Shown piece by piece: positions 1 through 11,643 of a stretch of 64,000 bases of DNA. The DNA comes from an uncultured Hormoscilla sp. (GTDB lineage: Bacteria; Cyanobacteriota; Cyanobacteriia; Cyanobacteriales; Desertifilaceae): positions 4,608,001-4,672,000 of the forward strand of contig OZ001293.3 of NCBI GenBank assembly GCA_963921275.4, in the 5' to 3' direction. Both the position numbers and the translations under genes were made by a program. Below the pieces are notes generated by a model. It saw nothing but the letters and a program-made list of their open reading frames with translations, made no database searches and was not told the origin of the DNA. The number at the start of each line of letters is the position of its first letter. Position 1 is the stretch's first letter.

Positions 1-208
1 GGATAAACCAACCCAAGCTCAAACCATTGTTAAGATATTTTGGCATTTTATTTAGGCTATCGCTCCCAAATGCGATCATAATTCGATGAAAAAATATGGA
101 CAATCGTTCCTGTTACTCTTGGCTTAAAGTTGACTGGTTATTATAGCAAATGGACTTGATTTTATCCGGGCGATCGCCCGGGGGGTGGGCCCCAGCCCAC
201 CAGAGAAA

Positions 209-1036
209 TTACAGGATTTTCTCCAAACCGTAAACCAAAGTCTTCAACTGCAATATTTTACGAATTGCGAGCAACACTCCCGGCATATAGCAAGAGCGAT
301 CGCTCGTATCGTGACGCAAGGTATAGATTTGCCCCTGGGCACCAAAAATAACTTCCTGATGGGCAATCAAACCCGGTAACCGGACGCTATGAATGCGAAT
401 CCCTTCATCAGCTAAACTCCCCCGGGCCCCAGCTAACTTTTCCGTTTCTATCACCGAGGGGGGGTTGAAAGTTTTGCCCATTTCTGCTAGCATCAGAGCA
501 GTCTTAACTGCCGTCCCACTGGGGGCGTCGGCTTTTTGATTGTGGTGCAGTTCGATGATTTCCACATGGTCAAAATATTTAGATGCCTGTAGGGCCGCTT
601 GCTGCAACAACACCATGCCAATGGAAAAATTAGGAATAATTAAACATCCCGTGCTAGCTTTATCGGCAAATTCAGCTAACTCGGCAATTTGTTCGAGACT
701 CAAACCCGTAGTACCGACTACAGGCCGGATGCCATAGGCGATCGCCGATCGGACATTATCGTAAACTGAGTCAGGATGGGTAAAATCCACCATCACCCCC
801 AACTGTTTTTCCTGTGCCGCCAAGGCCAAAACTGACTCTAACTGATTGAGGATCGGCACTTCCACAACACCGCATCCCGCCACTTCCCCAACATCCTGGC
901 CATTATATTCTCTGTTGTAGTCAACAGCGCCCAGCAGGGTCATATCCTCTGCTTGCGTCACCGCCTTAATCACCTCGCGTCCCATTTTGCCAGCAGCACC
1001 ATTAACAACTACGGGAATGGGAAGATTACTTGTCAT
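209..1036 (-). CDS. dapB: 4-hydroxy-tetrahydrodipicolinate reductase
   Basis: GAAGKMG Rossmann motif, DFTHP, GTTG and [15 protein letters not shown] motifs; full length 275 aa. Confidence 0.97.
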   Translation of the reverse strand: MTSNLPIPVVVNGAAGKMGREVIKAVTQAEDMTLLGAVDYNREYNGQDVGEVAGCGVVEVPILNQLESVLALAAQEKQLGVMVDFTHPDSVYDNVRSAIAYGIRPVVGTTGLSLEQIAELAEFADKASTGCLIIPNFSIGMVLLQQAALQASKYFDHVEIIELHHNQKADAPSGTAVKTALMLAEMGKTFNPPSVIETEKLAGARGSLADEGIRIHSVRLPGLIAHQEVIFGAQGQIYTLRHDTSDRSCYMPGVLLAIRKILQLKTLVYGLEKIL

Positions 1037-1260
1037 CGGTCAAAAGTCCTTTATCCTCAGTTGATAGTTAACTATTATATCATAGCCCAAGTTGCTACCT
1101 ATAAAAAAATCAACCCTAGGATGGAGTATTTGAGAAAAATAGAGCCTAAAATGAAGAATATAGTCTATATTGACACTGGAAAACGGCAGGGGAGAGCTTC
1201 ATTGTTTTTGTGTAGGTCGTAACTTGAGTTATCATATTCGATAGCTATCATATTGAACTT

Positions 1261-2103
1261 ATGGACAAGCAAACCCTTTATAACCTGGTAGTGGGTGATT
1301 TTTCCTGGATGCGCCTGCTGCGTTTAGCTGCTCTAATCTATGGGACGATCTGCTTGTATGGCGTCTTCTGGTCCGATCGCATAATTTTTAAGCCCCATCC
1401 ATCCAGCTATCGGGACACAGATAAGATTATCAAACTCAACTCAGGCCCTGACGTGCAAATCTCAGCCATTCACCTGCCCAACCCTGCTGCGACCTACACC
1501 ATTCTCTACAGCCACGGGAACGGGGAAGACTTGGGAGACATAGATCCCACCTTGCGAAATTTGCAATCTTTGGGCTTTGCTGTCTTCGCCTACGACTACC
1601 AGGGTTATGGTACTAGCCAGGGAAAACCCTCCGAACGCAACACTTATGCAGATGTTAATGCGGCTTACAACTATCTGACCCAAAGCTTGGGGATTCCTCC
1701 TAGTCAGATTATCGCCTATGGACGTTCTTTAGGTGGAGGTCCGGCCGTTGACTTAGCAGGGCGTCAACCAGTTGCTGGTTTAGTGCTGGAAAACACCTTC
1801 ATCACCACATTTAGAGTCAGAACCCGCATTCCCATTATCCCCTTTGACAAATTTGACAATCTTGGCAAGATTAAAAATGTTCGTTGTCCTGTTCTAGTAA
1901 TTCACGGCACAGCTGACCGAACTATCCCCTTTGCCCATGGACAGAAACTCTATGCAGCTGCTGGGGAACCCAAACGCTTTCTGCGGGTTTTGGGTGCAGG
2001 TCATAACAACCTGCATAGCCTTGCTGGTGAAGATTATGACAAAACAATGCTTGATTTTGCTGGGCTCGTGCGCCAGTCTCATCCTATCGGTGTGACAAAA
2101 TAG
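1261..2103 (+). CDS. alpha/beta hydrolase (ABHD17/BEM46-like)
   Basis: YSHGNGEDL, GRSLGG nucleophile motif, HGTAD, GHNN. Confidence 0.9.
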   Translation: MDKQTLYNLVVGDFSWMRLLRLAALIYGTICLYGVFWSDRIIFKPHPSSYRDTDKIIKLNSGPDVQISAIHLPNPAATYTILYSHGNGEDLGDIDPTLRNLQSLGFAVFAYDYQGYGTSQGKPSERNTYADVNAAYNYLTQSLGIPPSQIIAYGRSLGGGPAVDLAGRQPVAGLVLENTFITTFRVRTRIPIIPFDKFDNLGKIKNVRCPVLVIHGTADRTIPFAHGQKLYAAAGEPKRFLRVLGAGHNNLHSLAGEDYDKTMLDFAGLVRQSHPIGVTK

Positions 2104-2228
2104 AGCCGGAATTGGTTCGATCTGGACGACTTGGGTTCCAGACACCTCAGCCCCGGTCTGGCACCGGTTAGAATGCAATCGGGGTGTGGTGATTACGATC
2201 GCGATCTTCGAGCGCAGAGGTAAAGGAA

Positions 2229-4523
2229 ATGGCTGTGTATCATAAATTGTCATCTTATATCAGTTCGGCCTTGTCTTTCGCCTCTTTTGGAGGTAGGAAC
2301 CTATGGCAGGTCAGATGTAAGCCAGTAATTTTCATTACTGTGGCAGTCACCAGTTTATTACTGGCCTCCCGAGCACTCAAACTCCTAGAAGCACCAGAAT
2401 TGGCCGCTTACGACAAACTGATCCAGCTGCGTCAGTCCGAAGCCCTAGACGATCGCCTGCTGATCGTTGGGGTCACTGAAGCTGATATCAAGGCACAGCA
2501 GCGCTGGCCGCTGTCGGACGCGACCATAAACCGGGTATTGCAGCAATTGGAAAAGTATCAACCCCGGACGATCGGTTTGGATATATATCGAGATATCCCT
2601 CAGGAACCCGGACGTTCCGATTTACTCAAACATCTACAGACAAGTGAGAAGACTATTGCCATCTGCAAATTCGGTGAAGGTGCTGCTGATCTGGGCATCG
2701 GACCCCCGCCAGGTATGCCAGCAAGTAATCTGGGCTTTAGCGATCTGGCGATCGACGAAGATGGCATTATCCGCCGCAGCCTCCTGGTGGGAGATGGGGA
2801 TCCTGACTCGATTTGTAACACCCACGTCTCTTTTGCCCTGCAACTGGCATGGCATTACCTGGATGCATTGGGAATTAAGTCCCACTTGAAAGAAAATGGC
2901 GATATTATACTCGGTGAGACTAGACTACCGCGCTTAGACAGCCATAGCGGAGGCTATCTGGGAGTTGACGCTGGCGGCTACCAAATCCTGCTGAATTACC
3001 GATCGCCCCGTCAGATGATAAAGCAAGTCACCCTGATGGCAGTCCTCAATGACCAAATTGACCCTAGCTTGGTGCGCGATCGCATTGTCCTGATCGGCGC
3101 GATCGCCCCCAGCGCCAAGGACTCTTTTTATACACCCTACAGCGCTGGCAGGCAAGAAAACCACACCATGCCTGGGGTAGTGGTTCACGCCCAGATCGTC
3201 AGTCAAATCCTGAGTGCGGTTGTGGATGGCCGACCCCTGTTTTGGGTCTGGCCAGAATGGGCAGAAGGTCTTTGGATTTGGGTCTGGTCTTTGGTCGGAG
3301 GCGCGATCGCCTGGAAAATAGCACATCCGGGACGACTGGTAGCAGCTGGAGTTGTAGCAACTGGGACTTTATTGGGTGTCAGCTGGTTGATGTTTATCCA
3401 GGCCGGTTGGGTTCCCCTCGTGGCCCCCACCCTGGCCTTGCTGGCCAGTGGTAGCGGCATCTTTGCCTACAAATCCTACCACACTCAGCAAGAACACCAA
3501 CAAATAGCCGATCGGGTCAAAGAACAGAATCGCAACATCGAACTCCTGCAAACCCTGTTAGAACAACAGACTCAGGTTGATAATCGGGATGAAGCTACTG
3601 AACTGCCTCTGGAAATGGCTACCATCGAACTACTAGAAGATCCTACTATTGGCACCCCCGACAACCTGTTGAGAGGACGCTACCAAATCCTGGAAATTCT
3701 CGGTTGCGGTGGCTTTGCACGCACCTATCTGGCAGCAGATACCCAGCGACCTAATCACCCGCAATGTGTAATCAAGCACTTGATGCTAGCTAGATCCGAT
3801 CGGAAGTTTTTGCAGGTAGCCAGACGCCTCTTCCATACGGAAGCCGAAATATTAGAAGTATTGGGCAAACATAATCAGATTCCTCAATTATTAGCATATT
3901 TTGAAGAAAATCAAGAATTCTATTTAGTAGAAGAGTTGATCTGTGGAAATCATCTCAGCAATGAAATGCCAGCAGAAAAGCCGATACCGGAAAAGCAAGT
4001 AATTGATATTCTCGCTCAATTGCTGGAAATTATTGCCTTTATCCACTCTCATAATGTCATTCATCGGGATATTAAACCGAACAACATTATGAGACGCCAA
4101 GCAGATGGTCGCTTGTGCTTAATTGACTTTGGGGCGGTAAAACTTATGCATCCCCAGTTGGAGTCAACTTCCGAGAAATATACCGTAGCGATCGGCACTA
4201 ATGGTTATGCAGCTCCCGAGCAATTGGCAGGTCAACCCAGGCTCAACAGCGATATATACTCTTTAGGAATGATTGGCATTCAAGCTCTGACAGGCTTAAA
4301 CCCGACCCAGTTACGCCAAGACTCGAATACGGGAACGGTGGTATGGCGTCATCTGGCGGGAGTGGGGCCCCAATTAGCTGCGGTTCTAGATAAAATGGTC
4401 TCCTACCACTTTTCTGACAGATATCAGTCCGCCACAGAAGTGCTGCAAGACCTGAAAAAAATATCGCCAGCCTCCAAAAAGCTTCCACATCTGCGATATC
4501 GTGCTGGAAATCCCCCCACCTGA
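2229..4523 (+). CDS. CHASE2-domain membrane Ser/Thr protein kinase
   Basis: CHASE2 motifs (IGLDIYRD, DEDGIIRR, MPGVVVHAQIVSQIL), three TM segments, kinase motifs GCGGFA, HRDIKPNN, DFG, APE. Confidence 0.93.
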   Translation: MAVYHKLSSYISSALSFASFGGRNLWQVRCKPVIFITVAVTSLLLASRALKLLEAPELAAYDKLIQLRQSEALDDRLLIVGVTEADIKAQQRWPLSDATINRVLQQLEKYQPRTIGLDIYRDIPQEPGRSDLLKHLQTSEKTIAICKFGEGAADLGIGPPPGMPASNLGFSDLAIDEDGIIRRSLLVGDGDPDSICNTHVSFALQLAWHYLDALGIKSHLKENGDIILGETRLPRLDSHSGGYLGVDAGGYQILLNYRSPRQMIKQVTLMAVLNDQIDPSLVRDRIVLIGAIAPSAKDSFYTPYSAGRQENHTMPGVVVHAQIVSQILSAVVDGRPLFWVWPEWAEGLWIWVWSLVGGAIAWKIAHPGRLVAAGVVATGTLLGVSWLMFIQAGWVPLVAPTLALLASGSGIFAYKSYHTQQEHQQIADRVKEQNRNIELLQTLLEQQTQVDNRDEATELPLEMATIELLEDPTIGTPDNLLRGRYQILEILGCGGFARTYLAADTQRPNHPQCVIKHLMLARSDRKFLQVARRLFHTEAEILEVLGKHNQIPQLLAYFEENQEFYLVEELICGNHLSNEMPAEKPIPEKQVIDILAQLLEIIAFIHSHNVIHRDIKPNNIMRRQADGRLCLIDFGAVKLMHPQLESTSEKYTVAIGTNGYAAPEQLAGQPRLNSDIYSLGMIGIQALTGLNPTQLRQDSNTGTVVWRHLAGVGPQLAAVLDKMVSYHFSDRYQSATEVLQDLKKISPASKKLPHLRYRAGNPPT

Positions 4524-4634
4524 TATCATTGATGATTGGCTAATGGCCCCCCCTACCCCCACCCTTTAGGGTGGGGCTACATGCACAAAGCCCGCCTGCG
4601 CGGGCTCATCGGTATCGTACAGATCGTGATTATA

Positions 4635-4696
4635 CTGACAACTAACAACTGACAACTGACAACTAACAGCTGACAACTGACAACCGACAACTGACA
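4635..4696. repeat. heptamer short tandem repeat (CTGACAA/CTAACAA, STRR-like)
   Basis: about 9 tandem 7-mers; similar heptamer tracts at ~17461-17489, 27404-27460, 41710-41745, 48670-48725 and 57820-57848. Confidence 0.85.
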
Positions 4697-4707
4697 TAGG
4701 TAATTTT

Positions 4708-5832
4708 GTGGTGAGCCTGATTGCTGATTTAAAGTCCGCGACGGTAGGAACCCTAGCTAGTCCTACTGTAAATTATGCTACGCGCCGTGCAGTTTTTCCC
4801 TTCACTGCTATAGTGGGGCAAGAAGAGATGAAACTGGCGCTGCTGTTGAACGTGATTGACCCCAAGATCGGAGGGGTGATGATTATGGGCGATCGGGGTA
4901 CTGGCAAGTCTACTACCATCCGGGCCCTCGCAGACCTGTTGCCAGAAATAGAAGTGGTCGCCGATGACCCCTTCAACAGCCATCCGGCGGACCCGGAACT
5001 GATGTCTGATGAAGTCAAGCAGCGGATAGAACAACATGAAGAAATTCCCGTGGTCCGTAAAAAGGTGATGATGGTAGACTTGCCTCTCGGGGCGACAGAG
5101 GATAGAGTCTGCGGTACGATCGATATTGAAAAGGCTCTTTCGGAGGGCGTCAAGGCTTTTGAACCGGGACTGCTGGCCAAAGCAAATCGCGGTATTCTTT
5201 ACGTGGATGAGGTCAACCTCCTGGACGATCATTTAGTTGACGTGCTGCTAGACTCCGCCGCTAGTGGTTGGAATACTGTCGAACGGGAGGGAATTTCCGT
5301 GCGTCACCCGGCCAGTTTCGTGTTGGTGGGTTCTGGTAACCCCGAAGAAGGAGAACTGCGCCCTCAATTGCTCGATCGCTTTGGCATGCACGCGGAGATC
5401 CGGACTGTCAAAGATCCTGCTTTACGAGTGGAAATTGTCGAACAACGATCGGCTTTTGACCAAAATCCCCCGGAATTTATGGAAAAACACCGCGACATCC
5501 AAGCAGAACTGCAAAATCAATTGGTAACTGCTCGGAAACAGTTGCGGTCCGTTGAGATAGATTACGACTTGCGGGTGCAAATCTCCCAAGTTTGCTCTCA
5601 ACTGGATGTGGATGGTTTGCGAGGCGATATTGTCACTAATCGTGCGGCCAAGGCTTTGGCAGCTTTTGAAGGACGCACAGAAGTTACAGTTGATGATATC
5701 GGGCGCGTGGTAACTCTCTGCTTGCGCCACCGACTGCGCAAAGACCCTTTGGAATCAATTGATTCTGGATCTAAGGTGCAAAAGGTCTTTTGCCAGGTGT
5801 TCGACCTAGAAATGCAAGAAAACGACAAGTAG
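4708..5832 (+). CDS. chlI: magnesium chelatase ATPase subunit I
   Basis: [46 protein letters not shown]. Confidence 0.97.
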   Translation: MVSLIADLKSATVGTLASPTVNYATRRAVFPFTAIVGQEEMKLALLLNVIDPKIGGVMIMGDRGTGKSTTIRALADLLPEIEVVADDPFNSHPADPELMSDEVKQRIEQHEEIPVVRKKVMMVDLPLGATEDRVCGTIDIEKALSEGVKAFEPGLLAKANRGILYVDEVNLLDDHLVDVLLDSAASGWNTVEREGISVRHPASFVLVGSGNPEEGELRPQLLDRFGMHAEIRTVKDPALRVEIVEQRSAFDQNPPEFMEKHRDIQAELQNQLVTARKQLRSVEIDYDLRVQISQVCSQLDVDGLRGDIVTNRAAKALAAFEGRTEVTVDDIGRVVTLCLRHRLRKDPLESIDSGSKVQKVFCQVFDLEMQENDK

Positions 5833-5843
5833 TTGGGATCCCC

Positions 5844-5870
5844 TCGTTCCCAGGCTCAGCCTGGGAACGA
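5844..5870. repeat. dispersed hairpin repeat TCGTTCCCAGGCT-C-AGCCTGGGAACGA
   Basis: perfect 13-bp stem; variants at 7499-7525 and 35194-35220. Confidence 0.8.
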
Positions 5871-6008
5871 AAATCTAGAGGCAGAGCCTCCAGAAGGTAT
5901 GGGATAGACGAGTTGGGCTATAGATGTGTTATGATAGGATTGTGCGATTCGTTCTGACGTAAGCTAGAAATAGCGAAAGTCGGGCCTGGTTTCATTTGCC
6001 AGGTAACT

Positions 6009-7466
6009 TTGGCATCATGGGGGTTAAATTACCCTCGCCCAGGTATGGGGTTGACAACGGTACATGGTTTGGATGGACTGATTCAGATCGGAAATACTTT
6101 TTACGATCGCCGGGAAGACTTAATCGGTGGGTGCGATTATGTGATGTCGAACCCTCCGTTTAATGTGGATGCGGTGATTCCCGATCGCATCAAGGATGAC
6201 CCGCGCCTATTTACCCAGAAAAAGATCCCCGGCATTGCCCAAAAAACCGGGGCGGTTAGCAATGCCAACTATCTCTGGATTCAATATTATTACAGCTATC
6301 TGAACGAAAAAGGACGGGCGGGCTTTGTGATGGCCAGTTCCGCTTCTGATGCGGGACATGGTGAAAAGGCAATTCGCCAGGAGATTATTGCTACGGGGGC
6401 GGTGGATGCGATCGTCTCCATTGGCACGAACTTTTTCTATACCCGATCGCTACCTTGTACTCTGTGGTTTTTTGATAAGGGAAAGCCCCAAGACCGCCTG
6501 GATAAAGTGTTGATGATTGATGGGCGGAATATTTACCGGGTCATCAGTCGCAAGCTGCGGGATTTTAGCCCGGAACAGTTGCAAAACCTGACGGCGATCG
6601 CCTGGCTGTATCGGGGGGAAACTGAGAAATATTTAGGCTTGGTGGGATCCTATTTGGAGAAGCTACAGGCTAGCATTGCCCCATTGCCAGCAGCAGTGCA
6701 AGCCATGCAGGAGTCGGTAATGTGGTTGGGGGAAGGGTTGCAGGAGTTCGCGGAGGAGATGGCCCAGCGTCAGAGTCGGGTACAAATTAGTTTATTTGAG
6801 GATGTCCCGGAGGTGGAGATTGACGCCCAGTTGCAAGGGTTGCACTCATTGCTGCAAGAGTTCGCCACGGTGCAAAGTCGATGTCAGACGGACGGGGAAA
6901 CTCTGATGGCTGAGTTGGCAAGGATCTCCATGCCAAGGAAGAAGACTAACGGGGCAATGATTGCCAATGTCCGCAAGTTTGAGCCGTTGATTTCCCGGTT
7001 GAAGGCGTACCGTAAGGAAATCGATGAACTGCACAAGTTACTCACTCGCGGTTTGGAAGTGGTCACCAAGAAGTTAAAGGCAAGTAAGCTGAAAAATTGG
7101 TACAGTCGAGAAATGGGCGATCGGGCCAAACGGCTAGATGGGGAACATGAGGAGGTACGGCATGGGATGAAAACAATCCGCTACTGGTACGACCAGGCCC
7201 ACTGGTTACAGTCGCGGTTCCCAGAGGCGATGTTTGTGGATGTACCGGGATTGTGTAAGGTGGTAACTCGGGGGGAGATTGCCGAACAGGACAGCAGTTT
7301 AACTCCAGGGCGTTATGTGGGGGTTGCACCGGTGATGGATGAGGAGGATGAAGAGGCGTTTGAGGCCCGGATGAAAGCCATTCATCAGGAGTTGGCAGAG
7401 TTGAATGAGGCGGCGGTGGAGTTGGCAGGGGCAATTCAAAGTAATTTTGAGGAGTTAGTGGGATGA
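6009..7466 (+). pseudogene. hsdM: type I R-M methyltransferase subunit, 5'-truncated
   Basis: NPPF catalytic motif, NANYLWIQ, GRAGFVM and SLTPGRYVG are present; the N-terminal domain and SAM-binding GxG motif are absent. Confidence 0.85.
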
Positions 7467-7633
7467 TATACCCTCGTTCCCAGAGGGTGCATCTACCCTC
7501 GTTCCCAGACTCCGGCTGGGAACGAATTACGCGGAGGCAGAGCCTCCGGTTTCTGCAACAGGAGGCAGAGCTGAGAGCAGTCATTGGCAGGTAGAACCTG
7601 CCAACGAGGTAAAATTTTACATAGTTTAGTTGA

Positions 7634-7809
7634 CAATAGTCCGGACATTTTTTAGACCCCAGAACCACGACATAGCAAGGGTTACGGCAAAAGGCGCATC
7701 ATTTTTTTCAAGGTCAGGCCCAGGGCTAACTTGTAAAAAATGGCTCGCTCTCCCAAAGGCTGACGCTGTAAGGCTTACGGCGTCGTTCCCCAAAGTGTCC
7801 GGAGTATTG
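7634..7809. mobile_element. 176-bp MITE
   Basis: terminal IRs CAATA(G/C)TCCGGACA; 5-bp target duplication GTTGA at 7629-7633 and 7810-7814. Confidence 0.85.
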
Positions 7810-7923
7810 GTTGAATTATGCACACCTACTTATGGATGAAAGCTATTCATCAGAAGTTGGTAAAGTTGGATGAGGCGGCGGTGGAATTTGCAAGGACGAA
7901 TATAAGTAATTTCGCGGAGTGCT

Positions 7924-9153
7924 ATGAATTGGGAAACTTCTACATTAGGCTTACTTGGAGATTTTACAAATGGAGTTAATTTTAAGAGTGAGCAAATGGG
8001 ACGAGGTTTACGTATAATTAATGTAAAAGACATTTTTAATAGTGGCATATTTATTGATTTTGAATCCTTAGAGTTGGTTGATTTAGAAAATAGTTCTCGT
8101 ATATCAAATTACTTTGTTAAACAAGGAGATATATTTTTTGTGCGTTCATCTGTTAAACGGGAAGGCATTGGTCTTGTTACAATGGCTCGCCGTTCGGATG
8201 AGCGAACTGTATATTGTGGCTTTGTAATTAGATTTCGACCAAAAAGCAATAATTTAGATTCTTTATTTTTAACCTATCTATTGAGAGCGCCAGAATATAG
8301 AAAAAAGTTGATGAATCTATCGGGTGGTGCTGCAATAACGAACATTTCTCAAACTAATTTAAAAGGATTAGAGGTTCCTTTACCTCCCCTGCCAACGCAA
8401 AAACGAATCGCGGATATCCTCTCAAAATATGACGACTTCATCGACAACAACAACCGCCGCATCGCATTACTAGAGGAGTCTGTACATCTGCTGTATCGAG
8501 AGTGGTTCGTGAGCCTGCGGTTTCCGGGTCACGAGTCCGTGCGCGTTGTGGATGGAGTCCCGGAAGGGTGGGAACAGACAACTATAGGCAATGCTTTTTC
8601 AATTATGGGAGGTGGAACACCATCAAAAAAAGTGTCGGAGTATTGGAGAGACGGAACAATTAATTGGTACTCGCCCACAGATTTAACAAAAACAGGAACA
8701 ATGTTTATGGAAAGGTCATCAATTCAAATAAATGAAACAGGTCTAGCTAAAAGTTCTGCATGTTTATTGCCGCCTTTTTCAGTTATGATGACCAGTCGTG
8801 CGACAATTGGCGTTATTGCAATAAATACAACTAAATGTTGTACGAATCAAGGATTTATAAATTGTATTCCGAACCATCGCATTTCTTTGTATTTTTTATA
8901 TTGCTATCTACATGCTAATGTTGAAAAGACTTTAAGTGTCGCTACTGGTGGTGCTACCTTTAAGGAAATATCAAAAAAAGTATTTAATAAATTTTCAATT
9001 TTGATTCCAGAATTACAAATGAAAAAAAAGTTTGAAGAAAAAGCTAGCATTTTGGGGAATCAAATTCTTAATCTGCAATGTCAAAACCAAAAGCTCAAAG
9101 AAGCCCGCGACTCGCTGTTACCACGCCTAATGAATGGGAGCCTAGAAGTATGA
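7924..9153 (+). CDS. hsdS: type I R-M specificity subunit (allele 1, intact)
   Basis: two TRDs, PLPPLPTQKRIADILS spacer, LKEARDSLLPRLMNG C-terminus. Confidence 0.93.
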   Translation: MNWETSTLGLLGDFTNGVNFKSEQMGRGLRIINVKDIFNSGIFIDFESLELVDLENSSRISNYFVKQGDIFFVRSSVKREGIGLVTMARRSDERTVYCGFVIRFRPKSNNLDSLFLTYLLRAPEYRKKLMNLSGGAAITNISQTNLKGLEVPLPPLPTQKRIADILSKYDDFIDNNNRRIALLEESVHLLYREWFVSLRFPGHESVRVVDGVPEGWEQTTIGNAFSIMGGGTPSKKVSEYWRDGTINWYSPTDLTKTGTMFMERSSIQINETGLAKSSACLLPPFSVMMTSRATIGVIAINTTKCCTNQGFINCIPNHRISLYFLYCYLHANVEKTLSVATGGATFKEISKKVFNKFSILIPELQMKKKFEEKASILGNQILNLQCQNQKLKEARDSLLPRLMNGSLEV

Positions 9154-9325
9154 GCGCCGAATACTCCGATTTTTCCGGAACGGTAGACCAACTCGTACAA
9201 CAAACCACCGCCGATAAATTCCAAGACCTCGGTTGGGAAAGCATTTTTGCCTACAATGAGGAAACCTTGGGCGAAACCGGGGAAGTTCTGCTAAAACGGG
9301 ACCGCCGCCCTAAAAAGCCTCAACT
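9150..9325 (+). pseudogene. hsdR: duplicated 5' fragment of hsdR
   Basis: near-identical to 13651-13835, with a 15-nt insertion and an internal deletion. Confidence 0.85.
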
Positions 9326-9899
9326 TACGGGAGGCTTTACGGTTGTATGAAACTGTCGTACCAGTAGCGTGATGAAAACGATACTCTACTGGTACAGTCG
9401 CGGTTCCCAGAAGCGATGTTTGTGGATGTTCCGGGAAGCATTAATCGAAAAACTGCCGGACAACTTCAACAGTTATTGAGAGCGCTTCTGCTACTTGCTC
9501 GGCGCTTAAACCGAGGGCTAATAATCGGGGAATTGCCTCTCGTTGTGACTGTTCGGCTTTTTGCGCTCGCGCCCGTTCTTGTTCTGCCCGTCGGCGCTCA
9601 ATTTCGGCCTGTTGGCGTTCTTGTTCGGCCTGTTGGCGTTCCAGTTCGGCCCGTTGGCGCTCTAGTTCGGCCCGTTGGCGCTCTAGTTCGGCTCGCTCAT
9701 TCCCTAGGAGTAACAGATTTCCTCGATCGTCCCACCACCGCATCCACGGCTGATTTTGATTCAGATAGACCCCACGCCATACTCCTAGCTCTACTCCTAA
9801 CTCTGGTATGGGATAATGTCCTCGTTCGTTAGGAATTTGTCGCTGGTAACTCCCTCCTTGCAATTGGTAAAATTCCAAGGTGCCATTCTTGATAATATA

Positions 9900-10911
9900 A
9901 CTCAAGTTGCGACCTATAAAAATTGGATACAAAAAGCTATGATAAAGAGAATTATTTTCAACTCTAATCCCTTAGATGTAACAGCATGAATTGACTTGGG
10001 AAACAAATTGGTGATTCGACTAAAACAGGTTTCAACTTGTTTTCTTGTTACTTTTTGTATATATTCAAAACAAGAATATTCTTTTCTTTTTGAGTTCTTT
10101 TTTCGCAAAGGTTTTAACATTATACTTGACGACTCTTTTAGTAAATCCTCTAATTGATAATCATTATAAGCTTTATCTCCATAAACTATTGAATTTGATG
10201 GTAAGTCAAAGCCAAAAGATTGCAAAACTTTAACATCATTATAACTACCAGGATCTAGATAAAATTCTATTGGCTTTCCATTTTTGTTTACCAACATATG
10301 AACTCTTAATCCATAAAAATAACGTTTTTTACTGGCAATATACCCTCGATATTCTTCCTTGTTATAAATTTGGCATCTATCAATCCTAATATTATCACAT
10401 ACTGGCACCGGGAAACTATCAAGAATATATTCTTGACCCGGATTGAGCTCTTTAAATGTTTGAGCTATAACTTGGAAGAAAAACATCCAAATTGGTTCCT
10501 CAATATTGTGTAATCGACGATTGAACCTACTTTTACTTAACAGATTTTTTATATACTTGTGTTGGACCATAAATTGACAAGAGCGATCGTGGTGTCCTCC
10601 GAAAAAATATGCAGCAACTAATCCGACTGTCATCACTTCGGCATTGTTCATTTTTACTTGTGGATCTTCTTTTATATTTAACGCTTTTAGTAGCTCGTCA
10701 CAAAGAACAAAAATTGTTGTAATCATATCTTCCATCATCTACATCCCCCAGCAATTAACTATTATTTTAGTACATTATAACCTATAAACAGCCAACCCGC
10801 CGTGTAGCACAAAAAAAATATAATTTTGTATCAAAAGCTACGAAATATCCCAAATATCTGTAAAGTCTAAGTGGGTAATTCATATTTTTTTTAATAGGTC
10901 GCAACTTAGGT
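9900..10911 (-). mobile_element. IS982-family insertion sequence
   Basis: 18-bp IRs AC(TC/CT)AAGTTGCGACCTAT; 7-bp TSD TAATATA (9893-9899, 10912-10918). Confidence 0.9.
9914..10738 (-). CDS. IS982-family DDE transposase
   Basis: LDSFPVPVC, YFYGLRVH, YGDKAY, RKQVETCFS; apparently intact 274 aa. Confidence 0.9.
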   Translation of the reverse strand: MMEDMITTIFVLCDELLKALNIKEDPQVKMNNAEVMTVGLVAAYFFGGHHDRSCQFMVQHKYIKNLLSKSRFNRRLHNIEEPIWMFFFQVIAQTFKELNPGQEYILDSFPVPVCDNIRIDRCQIYNKEEYRGYIASKKRYFYGLRVHMLVNKNGKPIEFYLDPGSYNDVKVLQSFGFDLPSNSIVYGDKAYNDYQLEDLLKESSSIMLKPLRKKNSKRKEYSCFEYIQKVTRKQVETCFSRITNLFPKSIHAVTSKGLELKIILFIIAFCIQFL

Positions 10912-11643
10912 TAATATATATTCCGTAGTACCGAATGCCGATGATTTGCTCGTAAACCCAGAATTTGCCCGGTTTGATGAAGGTTCCATCTTCTTTGAAC
11001 GACATGGGCGTGTTGTCCCGTTCGGGTTTGCCACTGCCACTGGCAAACTCTAAGGCGACTAGGGGTGTTACATGTTCTTTCCAGAGTACATAAGAACGCC
11101 TCAGCTCTCCTGAGAGTCTAGGAGGCACTCCTGGTACCTAAAACCAGTCCGGTGCTTCGGCACCACCTTCTGGCGGATCCGTTTCTTTCCAGTAGATGCC
11201 GCAGTCTTGTCCGATCGCGTATTGTCCGTCCGGATGCAAACGGTCTAATATTGGCAAAATGGAATCTGTGAGAATTATACTCTGGGGGTGTTCCTGGAAA
11301 TTTTTCACAAATGTTCCATCTGATTCGGGCAGTTGGGTGTGATCCGGGAGTCTGAGCGATTGTACTGCATGATATGTTGTCTGGACCATTTTATTTTACT
11401 CAGGTGCTCTCGTAAGTACTTCCATACTATTCTATTCCATCGGGGGCACCGTTCCGGAAAAATCGACGCGGGCTCTGTATCCGGACCGCATTTGCGCGAT
11501 CGCCTACAGCGTAAGCGTGCGCAGCACGATCGGGTTTTACGGGAGGCTTTGGGGTTGTATGACAGCGCGGGATAATTTGACTAGGACATAGGCGCGATGC
11601 ACGCCGGATGATGATTTGACTTGATGGGTAAGGAGTTGGTAGG

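Larger units (their letters stand above)
9441..11389 (-). pseudogene. Uma2/DUF820 endonuclease, interrupted by IS982 and a nonsense codon
   Basis: LPDHTQLPESDG, EAPDWF*VPG (TAG at 11138-11140), ALEFASG, KFWVYEQ, LGVELGVW and coiled-coil ERQRAE repeats; halves are separated by the IS. Confidence 0.9.

Noticed and set aside
9590..9695. 21-bp DNA repeat element
   Set aside because: It encodes the ERQRAEL coiled coil typical of cyanobacterial Uma2 proteins.
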